DNA of 10,322 nucleotides, taken from positions 1 through 10,322 of the IMG/VR virus record IMGVR_UViG_2913123054_000006; one strand, written 5' to 3'. Below are positions 1-4,135 of the stretch, piece after piece. The notes below the pieces were generated by a model. The model worked only from the letters and a program-made list of their open reading frames with translations. It was not told the origin of the DNA and ran no database searches. The position numbers and the translations under genes were made by a program. This DNA comes from a virus. Taxonomy: Duplodnaviria; Heunggongvirae; Uroviricota; Caudoviricetes. The stretch's first letter is position 1. Every line of letters begins with the position of its first letter.

Positions 1-684
1 GTGTCGAATCACCTGCTCAGGGGTAAAACCCTGCTGGAGGAATTTTTCCAGTTCCCGTATCGCCCCGTTAGCACCCTGCTCCGTTCGAATCGGTTTTCGC
101 AATGCCTGGCGAAATTCAACCCACTCACGCCAAAGCGAGACAGAAATCCAGTTCGGCAAAGCAATATCCAGAGGGTCAAACTTTTTGACACCTCGATTCC
201 CCCGGGGGGGATTTAGGGGGGGATCTGTTTTTAGATCTTTATCTGTATCTTTATTAGTTGCCTTTGTGTTGGCATCATGTTCAAACACCACTCCAACATC
301 TGTTTGAACACCTGTTAAATTTCCCTCTTGTTTTGTTCGAACATCTGCTTCCTTTCTGCTTCTTCTGGCCTGAACAGATGCTTTTCCTGCGGCTGATTTT
401 TTGGTTAACTTTTCCCTGACTGATGCCAGATCTTCCTCAATCCGAAGATGCCCCCATTCGTCGCCGTTATCGCAAAAAAACTCCCGCAAGGATGGTTCAA
501 CATCAGCCCATCGCTCGTTAGTCAGACGGGCAATTTTTGCCAGCCTGTTTTTGGGTATTGGCTTTCCTGTTTGCCAGTAATTGAACATCAGCAACAAATA
601 CGCACCGTGTTCCTCTGCTGACAAATGCATGGTGTCAGCCAGGTAATCAGCTATGTACAGTTGCATGTATGGTAATGCGGCCAT
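1..684 (-). CDS. ydaU: YdaU-like prophage protein (DUF1376-like N-terminus); C-terminal end runs off the window start; N-terminal start ambiguous (ATG at 684, 666 or 735)
   Basis: Manual reverse-strand translation: the frame is open from ATG at 735 through position 1 with no stop (none of the plus frame-1 triplets 1..735 is tta/cta/tca). It is missing from the ORF track, presumably because it has no in-window stop. Product ...MQLYIADYLADTMHLSAEEHGAYLLLMFNYWQTGKPIPKNRLAKIARLTNERWADVEPSLREFFCDNGDEWGHLRIEEDL... then a basic/Pro-rich linker and ...FDPLDIALPNWISVSLWREWVEFRQALRKPIRTEQGANGAIRELEKFLQQGFTPEQVIRH. Recognised from memory as Rac YdaU-type. Start at 684 preferred only because of a weak GGGG about 6 nt upstream. 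Supersedes track ORFs 1..216(+) and 9..191(-). Confidence 0.55.
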   Translation of the reverse strand, partial: MAALPYMQLYIADYLADTMHLSAEEHGAYLLLMFNYWQTGKPIPKNRLAKIARLTNERWADVEPSLREFFCDNGDEWGHLRIEEDLASVREKLTKKSAAGKASVQARRSRKEADVRTKQEGNLTGVQTDVGVVFEHDANTKATNKDTDKDLKTDPPLNPPRGNRGVKKFDPLDIALPNWISVSLWREWVEFRQALRKPIRTEQGANGAIRELEKFLQQGFTPEQVIRH

Positions 685-747
685 AATTGCCCCGTATGAT
701 GCTGCCCGGTGGCTTAGAATAAGCACAACCAGCATGGAAACTTTTGC

Positions 748-1170
748 TTAATGAACAATGACAGAATCGTCGGAAGACCCACCGCCGCTGAAATGCGCTT
801 TCCGGTAAACGGCCTGAACTGCATCATCATGCGCATCAATTGCCGTACTCAACGCTTCCTGCGCCGCCAGTAATGCACGGCGTTCCAGGGTATCGAAGAT
901 GCAGAGTCGGTGACGCAGCTCGCGCGGAAGGATTGCCAGAATTGCTGGGATCAGCTTCTGAATTTTTTCCCTTTGCGCTTTTGTTTCACCTTTCAACCAG
1001 CGGTGATAGATGTTCTGCTGATTATTCCAGTCCTTGCCTGGTACCAGGGGCAATTCGCCGCCCCCCTGGCGCAGATATTCTTCAGTAATTGCGTTAGCGA
1101 CCCACGCCTGCCCTTTTTCGGCTGCCAGGGCTAACAGCACTGATTCGATGTGCTCATGCCTGATTTTCAT
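748..1170 (-). CDS. ydaT: YdaT-like protein (Rac-prophage YdaT family; toxic/regulatory partner of YdaS, reported CII-like)
   Basis: Track ORF, 140 aa, MKIRHEHIESVLLALAAEKGQAWVANAITEEYLRQGGG...; length and sequence match my memory of Rac YdaT. Lies immediately downstream of the cro-like gene on the same strand; its start overlaps the ydaS stop by 17 nt (1154..1170). Confidence 0.8.
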   Translation of the reverse strand: MKIRHEHIESVLLALAAEKGQAWVANAITEEYLRQGGGELPLVPGKDWNNQQNIYHRWLKGETKAQREKIQKLIPAILAILPRELRHRLCIFDTLERRALLAAQEALSTAIDAHDDAVQAVYRKAHFSGGGSSDDSVIVH

Positions 1171-1381
1171 GAATCACCTTCCCAGGTCGTTTTGCCTTAC
1201 GATATTCGTCATAAACTTTGGGGTCGTACTGAAGCTCCCCGCCAGATGCTTTTTGTAGACGCATCGCGCGACCTTCGGGAACCAGTTCTCCCCATTGAGA
1301 AACAGCAGATGGATCAACGCCAGCAGCTTTCGCCACTTTGGCCTTCGTGCCATAAAAATTAATTACGTCTGATTTAAACAT
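1154..1381 (-). CDS. ydaS: Cro-like small HTH DNA-binding protein (YdaS/Cro family)
   Basis: Track ORF 1154..1408. Preferred start is the internal ATG at 1381 (MFKSDVINFYGTKAKVAKAAGVDPSAVSQWGELVPEGRAMRLQKASGGELQYD...), preceded on the minus strand by GGGGGAG. Sequence pattern is close to P22/lambdoid Cro proteins (..DHFG..AVAKALG.S.AAVSQW.E..PE..A.RLE..T.G.L.Y) from memory. Divergent from the repressor gene across a 77-bp intergenic region. Confidence 0.75.
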   Translation of the reverse strand: MFKSDVINFYGTKAKVAKAAGVDPSAVSQWGELVPEGRAMRLQKASGGELQYDPKVYDEYRKAKRPGKVIHENQA

Positions 1382-1394
1382 CACTCCCCCACGC

Positions 1395-1407
1395 TTGAGT
1401 TTTCTCA
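1395..1407. promoter_or_regulatory. Candidate operator site 1: 13-mer TTGAGTTTTCTCA, identical copy at 1931..1943
   Basis: Exact 13-bp direct match between 1395..1407 and 1931..1943, read directly. Site 1 abuts the predicted -10 of the minus-strand ydaS promoter and is flanked by CTTGAG (1394..1399) / CTCAAG (1418..1423, 1428..1433) inverted hexamers. Confidence 0.45.
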
Positions 1408-1437
1408 ATATTAATCACTCAAGGAATCTCAAGTCAA
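1408..1437 (-). promoter_or_regulatory. Candidate sigma70 promoter for ydaS-ydaT (PR-like)
   Basis: On the minus strand: TTGACT (plus 1432..1437), 18-bp spacer, TAATAT (plus 1408..1413), about 20 nt upstream of the ydaS start. Overlaps the repeated motifs in the racR/ydaS intergenic region. Confidence 0.45.
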
Positions 1438-1458
1438 GGATTATTAAGATATCTAAAT

Positions 1459-1866
1459 ATGAACGAGAAAACTTTAGGTCAACGAATTAGAGAAAGACGC
1501 AAACAGGTTGGCTTAAGTCAAAACGATTTAAGCAAGGCTGCTGGCGTATCTGGCTCATCAATTTCATTGTGGGAAAGTGACCATACAGCCCCGCGCGGGC
1601 AAAATTTGCATCGCCTAGCCGAGGTATTGCAATGCTCACCGACTTGGATACTGTTTGGCGACGAGGATAAAACACCGGATCCCCCAGTTGCACTCAACAA
1701 CGCCTTAGACTTATCGGAAGATGAGTTTGAGATGTTGCGATTATATCGCGCACTACCAAAATCAGAGCAACAAGCACAAATCAGCGAACTTCGTGCCCGC
1801 GTTGAGAATTTTAATCGCCTATTCACCGAGCTACTAGAAGCTCGCAAACGTAATAAGCATCAATAA
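1459..1866 (+). CDS. racR: CI-like prophage repressor, XRE-family HTH (RacR-like); no peptidase S24 domain evident
   Basis: Track ORF, 135 aa. N-terminal HTH_3 signature QRIRERRKQVGLSQNDLSKAAGVSGSSISLWESD. Divergently oriented to the cro-like gene across a short operator-containing intergenic region (classic cI/cro layout). No in-frame upstream start (TGA at 1396..1398) and no Shine-Dalgarno within 15 nt of the ATG. Assignment as RacR rests on synteny with ydaS/ydaT, not on recalled sequence. Confidence 0.65.
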   Translation: MNEKTLGQRIRERRKQVGLSQNDLSKAAGVSGSSISLWESDHTAPRGQNLHRLAEVLQCSPTWILFGDEDKTPDPPVALNNALDLSEDEFEMLRLYRALPKSEQQAQISELRARVENFNRLFTELLEARKRNKHQ

Positions 1867-1933
1867 TCATCCCTTCATAAAAATTTAAAGCCTTACATTT
1901 CAATGTGTTGGCTTTATTTCACATTTAATATTG

Positions 1934-1977
1934 AGTTTTCTCATCAAAAACACTTGACCTGTAGACATGAGAAAACT
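1934..1977. promoter_or_regulatory. Candidate operator 2: inverted repeat AGTTTTCTCAT (1934..1944) / ATGAGAAAACT (1967..1977) bracketing a -35 element
   Basis: 11/11 perfect inverted arms separated by 22 bp that contain TTGACC (1954..1959). The left arm lies within the second copy of the 13-mer TTGAGTTTTCTCA (1931..1943). Confidence 0.45.
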
Positions 1978-1982
1978 AAATT
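1954..1982 (+). promoter_or_regulatory. Candidate sigma70 promoter (PL-like) driving the rightward small ORFs and possibly the kilR-recE-int block
   Basis: TTGACC (1954..1959), 17-bp spacer, TAAATT (1977..1982). First good promoter downstream of the repressor gene, embedded in the operator-like inverted repeat. Confidence 0.45.
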
Positions 1983-2054
1983 ACATTCCATCAAGACACC
2001 GCACGGTGTTCTCAGCAAACAGTTCCGCCACCCGGCGTTAAGGGGAGAGATAAG

Positions 2055-2189
2055 ATGGAGCATTACGAAGTAGTTCAGTATTTGATGGATTGTTGCGGTA
2101 TCACTTACAACCAAGCTGTACAGGCTCTACGCAGGAACGACTGGGATCTCTGGCAAGCAGAAGCCTCTATCCGCAACAACAAGATGTGA
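2055..2189 (+). CDS. Small hypothetical protein, 44 aa (possibly YdaG-like; below the ORF-track size cut-off)
   Basis: ATG at 2055 preceded by strong SD AAGGGGAGAG with 5-nt spacing. Translates to MEHYEVVQYLMDCCGITYNQAVQALRRNDWDLWQAEASIRNNKM, stop TGA 2187..2189. Position and length fit the small genes that follow racR in Rac, but I cannot confirm identity from memory. Confidence 0.45.
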   Translation: MEHYEVVQYLMDCCGITYNQAVQALRRNDWDLWQAEASIRNNKM

Positions 2190-2199
2190 GATTCGCAAA

Positions 2200-2355
2200 A
2201 TGCAAAAAATCGGCCTCGGCAACAACGAATCCCTGGTGTGCGGCGTGTTCCCCAACCAGGATGGAACGTTCACCGCCATGACTTATACCAAAAGCAAAAC
2301 GTTTAAAACCGAAGCTGGCGCACGTCGCTGGTTGGCAATACATTCAGGTGAATAA
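2200..2355 (+). CDS. Small hypothetical protein, 51 aa (possibly YdaF-like)
   Basis: ATG 2200, MQKIGLGNNESLVCGVFPNQDGTFTAMTYTKSKTFKTEAGARRWLAIHSGE, stop TAA 2353..2355. Weak RBS. Stop is followed 1 nt later by the start of the next gene (TAAaATG), suggesting a coupled operon. Preferred over track ORF 2090..2281, which has an implausible S/P/R/C-rich composition. Confidence 0.4.
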   Translation: MQKIGLGNNESLVCGVFPNQDGTFTAMTYTKSKTFKTEAGARRWLAIHSGE

Positions 2356-2356
2356 A

Positions 2357-2719
2357 ATGAACGAAACAGAATTAAAACACGTTATCGCTCTGCTTCTGGA
2401 GGATGCAAAGCGCCTCCAGCAGCTGGAACCAAATGCAGGCACTGAAGAACGAATTATTATGGCTAATAAAAGTCTACATTCTGCATATGATACAAATACA
2501 AAGCAAACAGATAAAAATATTATTGTTTATGGGCACAGCGTTAACAGAGAATTTGCTTACTTTGTTCTGGAAAAATATCAACCTACATTTTGCCGGATAA
2601 TAGAAGAACTAACATTAAAAGGCAAAGATAAAGAGTTTGTTGAAAATGCTGTGGCAACGGCAAGCGCAGCAGCCGTTGCCAGTATCAAATCAATGATTAC
2701 TCTAGCGATTAACCAATAA
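2357..2719 (+). CDS. Hypothetical protein, 120 aa, no recognisable domain; accessory gene in the repressor-adjacent slot
   Basis: Track ORF 2348..2719 begins at GTG; preferred start ATG 2357 (MNETELKHVIALLLEDAKRLQQLEPNAGTEERIIMANKSLHSAYD...) with AGGTGA 5 nt upstream. Visibly AT-rich coding sequence compared with the flanking genes. Hydrophilic, no membrane segments. 3' end overlaps the convergent minus-strand ORF by 11 nt. Confidence 0.6.
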   Translation: MNETELKHVIALLLEDAKRLQQLEPNAGTEERIIMANKSLHSAYDTNTKQTDKNIIVYGHSVNREFAYFVLEKYQPTFCRIIEELTLKGKDKEFVENAVATASAAAVASIKSMITLAINQ

Positions 2720-2888
2720 ACCCAGGGGGGATATCACGCTGAGGCGGGTTAAGAAGCTCGGTAAACTCCGCTCTCAGGCGTTGAACTTCTGAAATAAAAT
2801 CGGCTTCACTGCAATCCCAGCCTTTGGGGTGCTTAAGTCGCAAATATTCAAAAACTAACGAATCAATTTCATTCATATTGGATAGCAC
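2709..2888 (-). CDS. Hypothetical small protein, 59 aa, convergent with the 120-aa gene
   Basis: Within track ORF 2709..3080(-). Preferred start is GTG at 2888 (then LSNMNEIDSLVFEYLRLKHPKGWDCSEADFISEVQRLRAEFTELLNPPQRDIPPGFIG), preceded by a perfect AAGGAG at 7-nt spacing; alternative ATG at 2876. The long N-terminal extension back to 3080 has no RBS and Pro-rich odd composition, so I reject it. Confidence 0.5.
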   Translation of the reverse strand: MLSNMNEIDSLVFEYLRLKHPKGWDCSEADFISEVQRLRAEFTELLNPPQRDIPPGFIG

Positions 2889-2921
2889 AATTATTCTCCT
2901 TACTGGTTGTGTGAGAACTCC

Positions 2922-2949
2922 AGTATACCACCGAGCCTGAAGTGGTAAA
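2922..2949 (-). promoter_or_regulatory. Candidate promoter with extended -10 for the 59-aa minus-strand gene
   Basis: Minus strand reads TTTACC (plus 2944..2949), 16-bp spacer, TGgTATACT (extended -10, plus 2922..2930), about 30 nt upstream of the AAGGAG/GTG start. Confidence 0.4.
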
Positions 2950-3072
2950 AAGACAGGCGCACAACACGAAGGCGCATTTCCGATATCCATAAAGAGTCGG
3001 TCTTGTCTGTTAAATTTAAATGGTGGGAGTGCGCCTCCGGTTGTGAATAACAACACTGCTGTATGTAGTCTT

Positions 3073-3122
3073 GGCGGCATCAGTTTTTCTTGAAGTTCGA
3101 CTGATGTCCGCCCTTTTTAAAG
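3073..3122 (+). terminator. Candidate intrinsic terminator upstream of kilR (tL-like)
   Basis: GGCGGCATCAG (3073..3083) pairs with CTGATGTCCGCC (3101..3112) as an 11-bp stem with one bulged T and a 17-nt loop, followed by CTTTTT (3113..3118). The U-tract is present only on the + strand. Confidence 0.4.
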
Positions 3123-3293
3123 TGAATTTTGTGATGCGGTGAATGCGGCTAAGCGCACGCGGCATAGTTAAAAGTCATGTTAGTCCTTATTGGTTTGGGT
3201 GGGAAAGCCGACTGTAATTGTTAACTGGTTGCAGTCACCTGGAGGCACCAGGCGCCGCATCAACAAAGTTCATTTGTAAAAATGGAGATAATT

Positions 3294-3515
3294 ATGATTG
3301 CACATCACTTCGGAACTGATGAAATACCACGTCAGTGTGTGACTCCTGGTGATTATGTTCTTCATGAAGGCCGGACATATATTGCCTCGGCAAACAATAT
3401 TAAAAAGCGAAAACTTTATATTCGTAACCTGACCACAAAAACATGCATTACTGACTGCATGATTAAAGTCTTCCTCGGTCGTGATGGTTTACCTGTAAAG
3501 GCGGAGTCATGGTGA
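3294..3515 (+). CDS. kilR: KilR, Rac-prophage FtsZ/cell-division inhibitor
   Basis: Track ORF 3282..3515; preferred start ATG 3294 ([73 protein letters not shown], 73 aa) with GGAGAT 4 nt upstream. Sequence and length match my memory of Rac KilR. Confidence 0.8.
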   Translation: MIAHHFGTDEIPRQCVTPGDYVLHEGRTYIASANNIKKRKLYIRNLTTKTCITDCMIKVFLGRDGLPVKAESW

Positions 3516-3685
3516 TGACTAAGAAAATAAAATGTGCTTACCACCTTTGCGATAAAGAAGTTGAAGAAAGCAAAAGCATTACAAGATCACTTCATTTCAT
3601 GCGTGGAGTTATCCCAACGACGGAAATGAAAAAATATTGTAGTGAAATCTGTGCCGAAAAAGACCAGATGGCACACGAACTTTAA
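3515..3685 (+). CDS. ydaE: YdaE-like small zinc-binding protein (56 aa; below ORF-track cut-off)
   Basis: ATG 3515 overlaps the kilR stop (tgATG). [56 protein letters not shown], stop TAA 3683..3685. Four Cys arranged as C-x4-C ... C-x3-C. Sits between kilR and racC as in Rac. Confidence 0.8.
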   Translation: MTKKIKCAYHLCDKEVEESKSITRSLHFMRGVIPTTEMKKYCSEICAEKDQMAHEL

Positions 3686-3759
3686 TTAACTGAGTATTCG
3701 AAACTGAATTTATGCCAGCAATGGCAGGGATTCGCTCAACCTTAATTAAGGAGAAAAAC

Positions 3760-4035
3760 ATGATTACCAATTATGAAGCCACTGTTGTAACTACCGATGA
3801 CATTGTTCACGAGGTTAATCTGGAAGGAAAGCGTATTGGCTACGTGATTAAAACAGAAAATAAAGAAACACCCTTCACTTTGGTTGATATCGATGGTCCA
3901 TCAGGCAACGTAAAAACACTTGATGAAGGTGTCACAAAAATGTGCCTGGTTCACATCGGAAAGAATCTGCCCGCAGAAAAAAAAGCCGGATTTCTGGCAA
4001 CTCTGATTGCAATGAAATTAAAAGGTGAAATCTGA
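3760..4035 (+). CDS. racC: RacC (Rac-prophage protein of unknown function, 91 aa)
   Basis: Track ORF 3712..4035; preferred start ATG 3760 (MITNYEATVVTTDDIVHEVNLEGKRIGYVIKTENKETPF...) with AAGGAG upstream. Matches recalled RacC sequence and length. Confidence 0.8.
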   Translation: MITNYEATVVTTDDIVHEVNLEGKRIGYVIKTENKETPFTLVDIDGPSGNVKTLDEGVTKMCLVHIGKNLPAEKKAGFLATLIAMKLKGEI

Positions 4036-4042
4036 AAGAAAT

Positions 4043-4063
4043 AGCCTGCGTATGGCGCAGGCT
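4043..4063. other. GC-rich perfect hairpin between racC and recE (8-bp stem AGCCTGCG/CGCAGGCT, loop TATGG)
   Basis: Read directly. No U-tract follows on the + strand; a T-rich stretch follows on the - strand. Possible RNA processing/stability element or a terminator for antisense transcription. Confidence 0.35.
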
Positions 4064-4135
4064 TGAACAGTGTGTATCCGGCAAGATCATTCACTGAACA
4101 AAACGAATTTTAATCTGAGTTGAGGTTAAAAAACA

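Noticed and set aside
1-216. Track ORFs 1..216(+) and 9..191(-)
   Set aside because: They lie inside and out of frame with, or antisense to, a much longer minus-strand reading frame (ydaU-like) that is open from 735 to the window edge and encodes a recognisable protein.
735-750. ydaT and the ydaU-like ORF are in the same frame, separated by a single TAA
   Set aside because: Tempting as stop-codon readthrough or fusion, but there is no supporting context; more likely coincidental frame sharing. Noted only.
840-1362. Plus-strand track ORFs 840..1088, 910..1134, 1034..1258, 1150..1362
   Set aside because: Antisense to the ydaT and ydaS coding sequences; no RBS support; odd compositions.
1487-1847. 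Minus-strand track ORFs 1487..1693 and 1518..1847
   Set aside because: Antisense to the HTH repressor gene; Ser/Cys/Arg-rich low-complexity translations.
2090-2281. Track ORF 2090..2281(+), 63 aa
   Set aside because: Implausible composition, no RBS, and it spans two better-supported small ORFs in other frames.
2403-2600. Track ORF 2403..2600(+), 65 aa
   Set aside because: Alternative frame inside the 120-aa gene.
2889-3080. N-terminal extension of minus-strand track ORF 2709..3080
   Set aside because: No RBS at 3080 and Pro-rich odd composition, whereas a perfect AAGGAG precedes the internal GTG at 2888. It also overlaps the terminator-like hairpin.
3177-3224. 15-codon plus-strand ORF in the kilR leader
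   Set aside because: No RBS and too short to support as a gene.
3282-3293. Longer start choices given by the ORF track (kilR 3282, racC 3712, lar 8380, ydaC 8510, xis 8846 TTG)
   Set aside because: In each case an internal ATG has a better-placed Shine-Dalgarno and yields the length I recall for the Rac homologue.
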